NCBI GenBank assembly: GCA_964016885.1
Contig: OZ024743.1
Coordinates: forward strand, 262,694,001-262,758,000
DNA: 64,000 nucleotides
Origin: Eledone cirrhosa
Lineage: Eukaryota
Reading direction: 5' to 3'
A program made the translations under genes and the position numbers. The notes under the pieces are model-generated. The model ran no database searches. It saw only the letters and a list, made by a program, of their open reading frames with translations, and was not told the origin of the DNA. Shown here piece after piece: positions 25,321-38,200 of this stretch. The first letter of the stretch is position 1, and every line of letters starts with the position of its first letter.

Positions 25321-25738
25321 GGGATACATGATATGAAGGTTAAAAAACACTTGTGAATAGTGAAGTTTTAAATCAACCATCTTTTGATCTTATATTATTT
25401 ATAATTGTTTCTACTTTAGGGCGGTGGATTGGCAGTATCGGTAGAGTGTCGGACGCCATGCTTTGCTTATGCTGACAGAATAACTATGTAGCTTGTGCCC
25501 TTCCTATCTACGGTTAGCTTTCCTCTTTGTTGTTACTTGTCTCACTCACTTTACGCGTTTTAATTGTCCTAATAACTTAATTTAGTTATTATTGCACCAA
25601 CGTGAGGTATATGATTTTTAATGCAATGAAATATCTATGATCGTTGGCAAATCACTGATGAGGGACTCATTTTATAACATGTTATCCATGTGCAACCTGC
25701 AGTATTCTTCTCCCCATTTGTTCACATATATATATATA

Positions 25739-25922
25739 TATAACGAAGGAATTGTGGTAAGGAACCAGATGGACCATAACACACCAAAGTACTCAATACT
25801 TAGGGTAGTAGAGTGGGTAATAGGAATAAAGTATGACCCCGATGGCAGAGCTCAAGCCATTTCGACGGCTATTTAATAGCCGTCGAAACGGCTTGAGCTC
25901 TGCCGTCGGGGTCATACTTGTT

Positions 25923-25927
<5 letters not shown>
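25739..25927. repeat. Short fold-back palindrome of a family-B-related pLTR end
   Basis: Centre cggctatttaatagccg; long arm reaches ataacgaagg, short arm ends ttcctat(TA)n. Confidence 0.88.
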
Positions 25928-25976
<49 letters not shown>

Positions 25977-27013
25977 TTTACATATTTTAATTTTAATTAT
26001 TGATGCTATGGACAAACGTTCATTTTGCTTTTCTACTGAGAAACATAATCATCATACATATTATATATGTTATGATACCTTAACTTAGTATATGTATGCA
26101 ATCACGGAGAATCGGATGTAAAATGATGATGATGATATATATATATATATACCCACACACTCAAAATAGAGGTTGTGGTTGTTATGGAGGTGAGGGCTGT
26201 GAGAATCACCATGATAGCAGAAGTGAGAATACCAGTGAGAAGGGTGGTATGATGGAAAATGGTTGGAGATGAAGTAGTTCCACTATCGTAAAAGTCCCTT
26301 AGGGGGTGGAGGAGGAGGGTAGCTTACATACCTCCATGTTTCTTTTTGTAAAGAGTGATTTTAAGAGCTTGTATAAGTGCCATATATATATATTTAAGTG
26401 AAGTGTTTTGGTTGTTGTTGAAGAGGATGATAAACATAACAAACACCAATAATTTTGGTTAGATGTATAACTTTACTTCACTTCAGCAAAAATGAAAACA
26501 AATATGATTACTTCAAGTCATAAAAATATAAAGTTTGATGGTAACACTCACAAATGAATACAGTGTTCAAAAAGCTTCTGTGTTGAGCTGGAGTATCTTT
26601 GTTTAATATGCTATGTTCGATTATAAAGTCACAAGTTGTAGTCAGATAGTATTACCAGCAGAGGTAGTAGTAAGTTTGCAGTGGTAAGGAAACTGTGTTG
26701 TCTATATGAAGAAGCAGATGACTTTGTGGTTGAAGTGCCGATGGAAGAATTGCCACAGGGCCATAGCATTTTGCTAAGAGCTATATCTTGCTACTTGCCT
26801 GAGCAACTTTAAGTAATCTTTCTCTTCCGAGGAACGAGAGTCGAATGATCCCAAAAAAGACTTATCTCACTTCACCTCAAGCTGGCCAGCCTCTTCAGAC
26901 CACTGATGTCAAGCGAGATAAAGAGAAATAGCAACCAAATGTCATTTGAGGGTTAGTATGTGTGAAGAGATTTTGCTACCCCCCCCCCCCCCCTCCATAT
27001 ATGTGTGTGTATA

Positions 27014-27053
<40 letters not shown>

Positions 27054-27539
27054 TATACACACACATATATATATATATATATATATCACTGGCACCATCC
27101 ACCACCACCGCCATCACCACCATCACTAACACCATCCAGCACCACAACCACCACCATCACTGGCACTGTCCGCCACCGCCGACATCACCACAATCACTGA
27201 CACCATCCACTACCTTCACCACCACCACTACTACCACCGCCACCATCACTGGCACCATCCACCATCAGCAGCATAAAGCAAACAATTATTATTATTATTA
27301 TTATATAAAAACTGAACTGGACTGGGAAAAGTCAACAGTTGACATGATTTTGATTTTTTATCAGTACTGCCGGTAATATATATATATATATATGTACGTG
27401 AGTGGTGTGCGTGTTTGTATGCATGAGTGTTGGTGTGTGAGTGACGTGTGTGTTTGTAGTTTGTATGCATGAGTGTTGGTGTGTGAGTGTGTGTGTGTGT
27501 GTGCGTGTCGTGTCAATAAGTGTTTTTTTTATGACCATG

Positions 27540-30484
27540 CTGTAAAATGGAGGGGTAGAGAGGGCCCTTGAGTCTAATAAGACATCCTCTCTAGTGCTGG
27601 TGGCATAAATAAAAGCACCCAGTCCATGCTGTAAAGTGGCACTGGTGTTAGGAAGGGCATCCAACCAGTGTATCAATGCCAAAACGCTTATCAGCACAGC
27701 AACAAATAGATAGGAACAATAACAAAATATGAAGATGTCGCATCTCAGAGTTGCAACACTTAATGTTGGCACTCTCAGAGGTAGATCTGCTGAAATAGTG
27801 GAGATGCTGGAGAGAAGGCATGTGGATGTGTGCTGCGTGCAAGAGGTGAGATGGAGAGGTACCTCTGCGAGACTAGTCGCAGGCAAACATCTTAGCTATA
27901 AGCTTTTCTGGGTAGGTAAGGATGATGGGTTAGGGGGGGGGTAGGCATTTTCCTGGTTGAGAGATGGATCAATAAGACAATAGAGGTAGTTCGAGTTAGT
28001 AATCGAATAATTAAGCTTAGATTAGTTGTAGGCAGGAGACTACTGACAATCATCTCTGCCTATGCTCTCCAAGCAGGCCTAGGCAAAGATGAGAAAGACT
28101 GCTTTTACAAACAACCACAATGACAGAGGATGGAGACATCGTTATGCTAGCAGGGGACTTCAATGGTCATGTTCGACAGCTCCAGGATGGTTACACTGGG
28201 GTACATGGTGGGCACGGTTATGGCTCAAGAAATGAATGAGTGGGACTTCTTGAATTTTGTGATGCAAGTACACTGACTATTTGCAACACACACTTCCAGA
28301 AACCTGCCAACCACCTAATAACCTACAAATCTGGCGAGCACATAAGCCAGATTGACTTCTTACTAGTTAGGCAGCGGGACAGGCAGATAGTGTCTAATAC
28401 CAAGGCATACCCTGTGGAAGAATGTACCCCACAGCATAGGTTAGTCGTTAGTGATATCTCAGTAAGCAAGAGATGGAATGAGACATACAGGAAGGTGTGG
28501 AGAAGAAAGGTCTGGAAGCTAAAAGACCTCTCACTAAAATACAAATTTAGGAAAGCCCTTCAAGATGTGTATGACGAAAAAGAAGATGATTTAGAGACGT
28601 ATGACATAGATAATAACTGGAATTTCTTACGTGACAACTTACTGCAGGCTACTGATGAAACTTGTGGCTGGAGAAGAGCTCCAACCAGACAGAGAGTGAC
28701 CTGGTGGTGGAACAGCACAGTAGATAAGGCCATTAGAGACAAAAACTAGCATGGAAGGCTTGGAAAAAGGGTGGGAGTAGGGAAGAATATACAGCTGCTA
28801 AGAGAGAAGCTAGACGTCAGGTGTACTTAGCACGCAGGGAGGCTGAGAATAGGAGGGTTGCCAATGTTCTGCGACAGGAAGATCAGAGGCGTGCGGTGTT
28901 CCACAATGCAAGGCAGCGTGTCAATGCAAATCAGGATGTTGTTGGAGGTGTCATACTCAAAGACTGGTGCAGCAGTATTCTCATAAATTTCTACAAAGGT
29001 AAAGGGGATGCTCTGGAGAGGAGCAATTATAGGGGTATAAAACTGATGGATCAGGTTATGAAAGTGGCAGAAAGGATATTAGAACAACTAATTAGAGAAA
29101 GGGTCAAACTAGATGAGATGCAGTTTGGTTTTGTTCCTGGGAATAGTACAACAGATGCCTTCTTTTTGGTGAGACAATTGCAAGAGAGGTTCTTAGAGTA
29201 AAATAAGCCACAATACTTAGCCTTTGTTGACCTAGAGAAGGTCTTTGATAGGGTACCCCGATTTGTCATCTGGTGGTCCCTAAGGAAACTAGGTGTTGAG
29301 GAATGGCCTGTGAGGACAGTGCAAACTTTGTACAGAGGTAGTGTCAGTAAAGTCAGGGTAGTTTAGTAAGGAATTCCAGATACAAGTAGGAGTACATCAA
29401 GGTTCGGTCCTCAGCCCGCTCTTGTTCATTATAGTCCTCCAAGCCATAACAGAGGAGTTTAAGACTGGCTGTCCATGGGAACTTCTCTATGCTGACGATC
29501 TGGTTCTTATAGCAGAATCAGTAGAGGAGCTAGAGAATAAATTCTGGCTATGGAAACAGCAGTTGGAAGCAAGAGGACTGAGAGTGAACCTAGCTAAGAC
29601 AAAAGTGTTGATGAGTAGAAAAGAGGACAAAACTCTGATTCCATCAGGGAAATGGCCATGTTCGATATGCAGAAAAGGAACTGGCATAAATTCTATAAAA
29701 TGCACACAATGCAGATCCTGGGTACACAAGAGATGTAGCGGGATTAGCAGGCAAACTAACAGGTAGGGAGAAATATCTATGCAGTAGATGTACAGGGAAA
29801 TTAGACAGTAGAAGTCGCATTGATAGACACATTTTTCAAATGCAGGCGGGTGCTATAGAAGTGGTGGATAGCTTCCGGTACCTAGGAGATCAGATTAGCA
29901 TGGGAGGTGGATGTTCCGAGGCCATAGTATGTAGAATAAGGACGGGTTGGAAGAAGTTTAGGGAGCTGCTTCGTCTGCTGATGAAGAAGGGTTTCTCCCT
30001 GCGTACAAAAGGCCGGTTATATGATACCTGTATGAGGAGCGCGATGTTGCATGGTAGTGAGACATGGGCAGCAACTGCAGAGGATATGCGACGGCTGGAG
30101 AGAAATGAGGCAAGCATGCTCCATTGGATGTGCAGTGTCAATGTGCGTGAACGACCCAGCATGAATGTGTTGAGAGAGAAACTGTGTCTGAGAGGGATAG
30201 AATGTAGTGTGCGGGAGAGGAGACTGAGGTGGTATAGACATGTGATGCACATGGAGGATGACCGATGGGTGAAGAAGTGCCAGAAAATGCCAGTTGAAGG
30301 AAGACGTGGTAGAGGTAGACCACGAAAAACATGGGCGGAGGTGGTGAGAACAGACCTCAGATCGCTGAAGCTCACGGTGGAGATGACGAAGGACCGTGAC
30401 AAGTGGAGAGATGCTGTGCTGAATAAGACCCGTCCCACCCTTGCAAGCAGGGAAGAGCAGACATAAAATGATGATGATGATGAT
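27540..30484 (+). mobile_element. Near full-length decayed RTE-clade LINE (APE + RT + PHD-like finger)
   Basis: LRVATLNVGTL..CCVQEVRW, AGDFNGHV, SQIDFLL, QHRLVV, NYRGIKL, QFGFVPG, LLYADDLVL, RGRGRPRKTW; (tga)n tail; internal deletion near 28948. Confidence 0.95.
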
Positions 30485-30701
30485 ATATATATATGCACAC
30501 ACACATACTTATATATATATGAAAAGCAGAAGAACTGCGAAACCGGTAAAGGAACCAAATAAATATATATATTTTTTTTTAAATAAGACTCCAGTTTCAT
30601 TTTCGATTTCATCTTTTTTTCTTTATACTTTCACTTGTGTAGGACACCTCGTTTATTTTTCATTTTATAAAAAAACCTCACTTTCTAATATATATATATA
30701 T

Positions 30702-31038
30702 GGAGGCACATGGCTTAGTGGTTAGAGCATTGGCCTTGCAATCGAAAGGTTGTGAGTTCAATCCTCAGACTGGGTGATGTGTTGTTTCCTTGAGCAAGAC
30801 ACTTTATTTCACATTGCTCCAGTTTACTCAGCTGTAGAAATGAGATGATAGGGACTGGGGTCCATATCATTCCACTGCAAAGTGGTCGTGGAGGTGCCAC
30901 AGCAAAAAAGGACCCAGCACTCACTGTAAATGAGGTTGGTGTTAGGAAGGGCATCCAGCTGTAGAAATCAAGCCAGAATCAGTTCCCGTCCCACCCTTGG
31001 AAGCAGGGAAAAGCGGACGTAAAAATGATGATGATGAT
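30702..31038 (+). mobile_element. SINE family B, full length
   Basis: ggaggcacatggcttagtggttagagc head; homologous to 18568-18945. Confidence 0.88.
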
Positions 31039-31799
31039 ATATATATATATATATATATGAAAATGTTTAACCCCGTCGGCAGAGCTCAAGCCATTTCAAC
31101 GACTATATATACATCATCATCATCATCATCATTTTTCGTCCGCTTTTCCTTGCTTGCAAGGGTGGGACGAGTGGGACTGGCTTGATTTCTACATATATAT
31201 ATATATATACACACACACATATAGACACAAACACACACACACACATATATACACATATACTTACATACATTCAAAAATATACATGTTAAAATAACTATGA
31301 ATATAAACATGCATACACATCATCATCATCATTTTTAACATCTATTTTCCATGTTAGCATATGATTCCTTTAAAAAACAGCTATGTATATATGTATGCAT
31401 GCATGCATACATGCATATATGTGTTGTATTCATGTCTATACACACACATATATATTCAATCGATCTGTACTACAGAGGTATGTCTGCATTTGTGTGTAGT
31501 AATGATATCCAAAAGATTTTAGGAATATAAAATACAACAAAAATAAAACAAAACAGGAGTGTAATGTAATTCATTTTATGTTGTACATTAGAAACTAGGG
31601 TGACTTCATTGTTTTGGGCAGTGGCTATTCATCGAAAAAAGCAGCGAAGGAAATTTTGAGGGAGCAATGTTTTATGATGAAAGCTTCTTGATGAATGAAA
31701 AAATGATAGAATGGTGTTTTGCAGCCAGAAGAATCCTACAGAAACTTTCATCCCCTCCAATCTGACCCATGTATCTGCTTCAGTCAATTATTATTCTAC

Positions 31800-32790
31800 C
31801 AAACAGCCTCTTCTGAGTCAACCTTCTCCACTACAGCTCTCATCTTTTCTTCTCATCCAGTTTAACTGTGTTAAAAAAGAATAATGGAGGGATTTGCCCC
31901 ATTGTATTTGGCAATATTTTTCCAGTGACTTACAGCTAAAATAGCCTGCAAATTAACTGTGCCCCATTAAACTCAGAGTCAGTGTCAAATATAGATGTGA
32001 GATAGCTGTTCACATAGCCAGACACTTTATCATGCATGTATCCCTATCTTCATCTCACTTCCTTGTAAAGCTGGAAATGTATAATGCCTTCAATAGTGTT
32101 AGGTATGATCATCCCCTAAAGATGGAGGACTTTCAATACTACCATTGGCACATCTTTCTTTCAAGGACCCATAACATGATCATTGTTGCTGGTAGTATTA
32201 CTACATTTGACACTGGTATCTAGCAATATGGCCTACTTTGACTGCTTCAGTTTGTGTTTGCTATTGTCAAATTACCAACTCAATCTATTTGCCATTCAAT
32301 GTCTAGTACCTGGATGATGCAAAACTAGGTGGCCTAATGAATCTGTTGTTGACAACTTTGACAAAACTTTTCCAGTCTTATCACTCCTTTGACTCAAGAT
32401 TAACTTGTTCAAGTTAGGTGATAAATGTAAGTTACAGTGAAACTCAATTTGATAATGCTGTACACACATTTGATCTGCTCTGATTAATGTGCAATTAACT
32501 CTGAAAGACAATGCCTGTGTTCTTGGCTCATTTATTCTCTTGACTGTCATTCAAGAGTGCATGGTGATCACAAAAGATAACCTGATGAGTATAACTGACT
32601 GATTGTGCCTGATAGATCCCCACTCCATTGTCTTTCTGTTTAAGAACTGCTTCACTTCCAAGACTCTGCTTTTTGCTGTGACTATGCCATATTATCCCAA
32701 CTCAGAACATCTCAGCAAACTCAATGCCACCATATGCTTGTGTGCATAATTCACATATAACCTCAGTTTTTTATGATAAAGGCTATTAAC
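31800..32790 (+). mobile_element. Highly decayed CRE-like non-LTR RT
   Basis: LVKLEMYNAFNSV, GI*QYGLL (GxQQGDP-like), (W)YLDD near 32305. Confidence 0.6.
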
Positions 32791-33417
32791 TCCCTGTGAG
32801 TTTCTCCATAACACATCTAAACCCAATGTGGAACATAAATTTAAATTGGCCCTGCCGTTTGGGATAACTTTGGTTTCACTCTCTCACAATACCCAGGTAA
32901 CAGCACAACTGTGATGATATAAAAAGCAGTTCAGCCAGAGTCATAAAATTCAACAGTTTGCCTGGATATGTTCTACCTTGCAGCAAAATAGCTGCATGTT
33001 ACTCAATTAAGTGCTCTCTTCTGAACAATGGAGTGCTACTAGTAAAGTGTTTGTATACAACCTACTGCACACTCGCACATGTATTTCCATGTGAGTGTCT
33101 GCCTGTCAGTATGTGTGATGTTCTTGTGTATATAGTCTATATAAATGATGGTGCATGTGTTTGTGTCTATTTTGTTTATGTGTGTAGATTGGAGCCAGAC
33201 TGTATTTGTGTATATATCACAACATGTGTAACTTTGTATATCAGTATATAAACATACTGTATATCTTTAGATATATGAAATTCACATACATATATGTATA
33301 CAGCAATACCAAAGCTAAATTTTAATATATATATATGTATATATGTACATATATATATGGAGTGTTTGCAATGCATAAATCAGAGTAGCACTTGATGCAT
33401 AGTGCGAAGTAGGGTGA

Positions 33418-33470
<53 letters not shown>

Positions 33471-33482
33471 CATATATACATA

Positions 33483-33745
33483 TCATCATCATCTCATCAT
33501 CATCTTCGTTTAACGTCCATTTTCCATGCTAGCATGGGTTAGACGGGAGTTGTCCCACTTGAGGCAAGGTTGGTCGGGTGACCGTGTCTCGCTCATATAG
33601 GACTATCTGGCAGGTTTTCTACAGCTGGATGCCCTTCCTAACACCAACCACATTTACAGTGTGGAACTGGGAACTTTTTACCATGTTACCTACACGGCCA
33701 CACTACAGCATGGACTGTGTGTTTTTTTGTCGTGACACCTACACA
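33483..33745 (-). mobile_element. Bipartite RTE derivative (second copy 55764-55995)
   Basis: (cat)n-cgtttaacgtccat..ctagcatgggttag..ggatgcccttcctaacacca. Confidence 0.75.
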
Positions 33746-33811
33746 ATCTCGATCTCATTATCTCATTTATTTGGACTAGAAGCTTTTAAGTTTTCAACTC
33801 CATTTTATTTC

Positions 33812-33921
<110 letters not shown>

Positions 33922-33939
33922 AATTACAGTTATATAAAC

Positions 33940-34455
33940 CTTTTGCAGTTACAAGAAGGATCCATAGTAGTGGTTGGTAGCTTCTGTTACCTAGGTAACC
34001 TAAGCAGCAGTGGAGGGTGGTGGTCCAAGTGCATAAGAGCTAGAATGATGATAGAATGGAAGAAGTTCAGAGAACTACTTCCACTGCTGACAACAAGAGG
34101 TTTCTCCCTACCAAACAAACGGATGGCTGTATGACATCTGAGTGTGAAGTGTGATGCTGCTGCATGGTAGTGAAACATGGGCAGTGACTGCAGAGGATAT
34201 GCGTTGGCATAGATATATGATGTGCATGTATGATGATCATTGGAAATCCCACTGGAAGGAAGCTGCAGTAAAGGTAGACCAAGGAAGACCTAGGCAGGAG
34301 TGGTGAAAGCTGATCTCAAATAGTTGAGATTTACAGAAGAGATGACAAAGGAATGTGGTGAGTGGAAAGTTGCTGTGCTGAAAAGGACCCGTCCAACCCA
34401 TACAAGCTTAGAAAAATGGATGTAAAAACGATGATGATGATGATGATGATGACGA
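33940..34455 (+). mobile_element. Decayed RTE 3' fragment
   Basis: VVGSFCYLG..WKKFRELLPLL; (tga)n tail. Confidence 0.8.
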
Positions 34456-34722
34456 CGATAAATAATAGGCATTGTGTATATGTCTAGGCAAGAGGAAAGT
34501 GATGAGGAAGGACATTGCTGACCAATGACTAGAGAGAGAGAGAGAGAGAGTGAGGAGAATTTGGTGAGTGAGCAGGGGTGAAGTAGAAGCATGTGTGTGT
34601 GGGCGTTGTTGAGAGTGGAATGTAATATGTGTTAATGCATTCCTGAATGTATGTGGATGTGTGAGGAGAGAAGGAGGGGCAGGAGGTGGCAGAGATGATG
34701 ATGATGTTCGTGATGATGGTGT

Positions 34723-34757
<35 letters not shown>

Positions 34758-35227
34758 TTGGTAATGAGGATGGTGATGTGATGGTGATGTTGAAGTGCCA
34801 CTACATATTTTTTTTCAAGGATCACTTAAATTTGAGTGAAAACAGTTATAGAGATGCTAGGGGTGGGGCAGCAGATGGTGACATAACGTGGGTGGGGTAA
34901 AATAGAGTTAGTGCGGTGTGGGGGGAGTGAGGACAAGAAAGTATCTGATATAGCAAGAAGAAAGGGACTACTACTACTACTACTACTACTATTACTACTA
35001 CTAGCAACAATATAAGCAGCAGCAGCAGCAGTAGTAATAGTAGTAGTAGTAGTAGTTTATGTCAATAAATTGTCTGTGTTATATTGAACTAATGTTTTTC
35101 TCTTTTGAAGGAACGGTACTGAGAATGGTAAATACACACATAAAATATTGTTCAATTCTTTGAGGACATCTTTTGATAGCTCTAACTTTTTTCTTAGATG
35201 TTCTAATTATCAATTATTTTCAGATAA

Positions 35228-35772
35228 ATGATAACAGACATCAAACTAACTCAGCAAATGAAAATGCATGCTGTAATCATTGCTTTAAAGGCAGAGCATG
35301 GTGAATGTAGTGAATGCATGGTTGTTTGTTTTCAAAGTCACCAAATGCTGGAAGCCACTGACAGGGATTCTACAGCAGCAGCCAAATGTAAAATGCCTGC
35401 AAAAGGTCCTAATACCATCAGAACACCCAAATTTTTACAAAAGGTGCAGAAAATTATCGATGAGATCCCCAGAAAGGCAATTAGCAACTTTGTTAAAGAA
35501 CTCAAGGTTTCAATGGACACTGTTGGAAGAATTGTGCACAAGGTCTTTTGATACAAGTCATATGTGATGTGGAGAGGCCTATTTATGTCTGCAAAGACAA
35601 AAGATAACCATCTGATCTGTGCAAAGTGCTTGTTGAGCAAGTTGAAGCATCAAGAGCCTGGAAAGCTTTGGTATTTCTCTGATAAGAAAAACTTTAATCA
35701 GGACCAAAAAGTCAACCAAAGGAATGACAGATAGTTATGCAGAGACCCTAAAGAAGTTCCAATAGTCATGTA
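35228..35772 (+). mobile_element. Decayed DD37D/maT-like transposase, 5' half
   Basis: RTPKFLQKVQKIIDE..ELKVS..YKSY..WYFSDKKNFNQDQKVNQRNDR; similar to 15446-15700. Confidence 0.75.
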
Positions 35773-35859
35773 CAGCATTTATCATGTGTGTATATTTATA
35801 AATGAATATATGTGTGTGTGTCTACATCTATGAGTGTATAAATGTGCAAAGTGCAATGC

Positions 35860-36308
35860 TGACACCTGTGTGCAAAGTACAATGTTGCATGGTAGTGAGA
35901 TATGGCTAGTGGATGCAGAGGACATATGAAGACTGGAGAGAAATAAGGGAAGCATGCTTCGGTGGATGTGCAATGTTAATGTGTGAGAACGACAAAGCAT
36001 GGATGAACTGAGAGAGAAACTGGGTATGAGAGGAATCAGATGTAGTGCGCCAGAGAGGAGACTGTGATGGTATGGACATGTGATGCACATGGATTATGGT
36101 CACTGGGTAAAGAAGTACCAAGTAATCCCAGTAGAAGGAAGCCACAGTAAAGGACAACAACCAAGGAAAACCTGGGTAGAAGTAGTGAGAGCTGATCTCA
36201 TATCACTGAAGCTCACAGAAGAAATGACAAGTAAAGAGATGCTGTACTGTGAAGGACTCACCCAACCCATGCATGTGTAGATGAATGGCTGTAAAATAAT
36301 GATGATGT
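35860..36308 (+). mobile_element. Decayed RTE 3' fragment
   Basis: Homologous to 30020-30480. Confidence 0.8.
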
Positions 36309-36434
36309 GTCTACATGTATATGTGTATAAGTGTATTTAAGTATGTGTCTACATGTATGTGTTTAGAAGTGTTCATGTCACTCATTATTAAGAGGGTCAT
36401 GCCCAACCAAGCCTGTAGCTTGTTACTGTAGTTA

Positions 36435-36838
36435 TTTACCACAACTGCCAATACCACTACCACCACTACCATCACCACTATCCCCACCACTGCTATTACC
36501 AGCACACCCACCACTACCACCACCACCACCATTTCTATCACTGCCACCACTACCACCACCATTATCCCCACCACCTTCACAATTGCCACTCCCTCCACCA
36601 TTACCACCACTTTCATAACTGCTACTCCCACCACTACCACTCCTATCAGCACCACCATCATAACTGCCACAACTACCACCACCATCACCACAGCATTCAT
36701 AACTGCTACTCCCACCACTACCACTCCTATCAGCACCACCATCATAACTGCCACTGCCACAACTACCACCACCATCACCACCACATTCATAACTGCTACT
36801 CTCACTACTACCACTCCTATCAGCACCACTCCCCACAA
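36435..36838. repeat. (ACC)-rich repeat with ~85-bp higher-order unit
   Basis: ttcataactgctactc.cac.actaccactcctatcagcaccac at ~36612, ~36696 and ~36786. Confidence 0.7.
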
Positions 36839-36964
36839 CCCATTATACTACAAACACCAGTGAAACAGTCAACAGGAAGGCATTATTTTTCTCATTTCCT
36901 GGAAGTTGTAATTAGACATTTTATGCTGGAAAACATGTGTTTAAAGGTGTTTATATATATGCAT

Positions 36965-37046
<82 letters not shown>

Positions 37047-37314
37047 ATATGTGTGTGTGTGTATATATATGTGTGTGTGTGTGTGTATATATATGTGTGT
37101 GTGTGTGTGTATATATGTATGTGTGTGTGTGTGTGTATATATGTAGGTGTTTGTATATGTGTATATAGGTATGTGTTAATATATGTGTCTACATTTATGC
37201 GTGTATAAGTGTTTATATGTGTGTATATAGGTGTATATGCACATGTATTTCTGTATGTGTTTATATGTGTATGTATATAAGTAATTATAGATGTTCATGC
37301 AAGTATGCACCTAT

Positions 37315-37668
37315 TATCATCATCATCATTTTATGTCCGCTTTTCCCTGTTTGCAAGGGTCGGATGGGTCTTCTTCAGCACAGCATCTCTCCACTTGTCA
37401 CGATCCTTCATCTTCTCCTCTGTGAGCTTCAGCAATCTGAGGTCAGCTCTCACCACCTCCCCCCATGATTTTCATAGTCTTCCTCTACTGTGTCTTCCTT
37501 CCACTGGGATTTCTTGGCACGTCTTTACCCAGCAGTCATCCTCCATGTGCATCACATGTACATACCAACGCAGTCTTCTCTCCTGCACACTACAGCTTAT
37601 CCCTCTTATACACAGTTTCTCTCTCAACTCGTCTATGCTTGGTCGTTCATGCACATTGACATTGCAAT
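37315..37668 (-). mobile_element. RTE 3' fragment
   Basis: ERPSIDELREKL..RRLRWY..PVEG. Confidence 0.82.
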
Positions 37669-37759
37669 GAGTATATAAGTTTTTATTATGTGTATATACC
37701 TTTCAAGGTATATACATGTATGTGTGCTTATAGTGTTTCTAAGTATGTGTATGTATATA

Positions 37760-38200
37760 ACATTGGTTTGTCTTGCCACCTGAAAGCTGGTCGCTTTGCC
37801 TGTCACACTGAACTAAACCTGATCATTAAGCAGGCCCTAGCTCAGATAAATATCCCCTCAGTTCTAGAATTGTCCAGAATTGATGGTAAGAGACCAGATG
37901 GTCTTACCCTTTATCCCTGGGTAAGAGGAAGATGTCACATCATGGATACCACAGTCAGTGATTCTTTTGCTCCCTCCCACATCCTGGGTGCTTCGGTAAA
38001 TGTGAGAGTCACTGCTTCCATAGCCAAATGGAATAAAATTCTAAAGTCCTGGGACTTATGAGTTAATCACTTCTTGCAGCCTGTGGTGTTTGAGATGTTT
38101 GGAGGAACTAGGCTGCAGCTCGGCTTACTGAGTTTTCAAGTGATGCCCGTAAGGGTGCTTAGTTGTTTCAGTGCCTTCTTAGCTTTGCCATCACCCATGG
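37760..38200 (+). mobile_element. CRE-like restriction-like endonuclease fragment
   Basis: HTELNLIIKQAL..DGKRPDGLTLYPW..MDTTVSD..PVVFEMFG. Confidence 0.75.

Noticed and set aside
36311-36838. Gly/Ser-rich or Val-rich ORFs resembling structural proteins
   Set aside because: Explained by an (ACC)-rich repeat open in several frames; no splice or domain evidence
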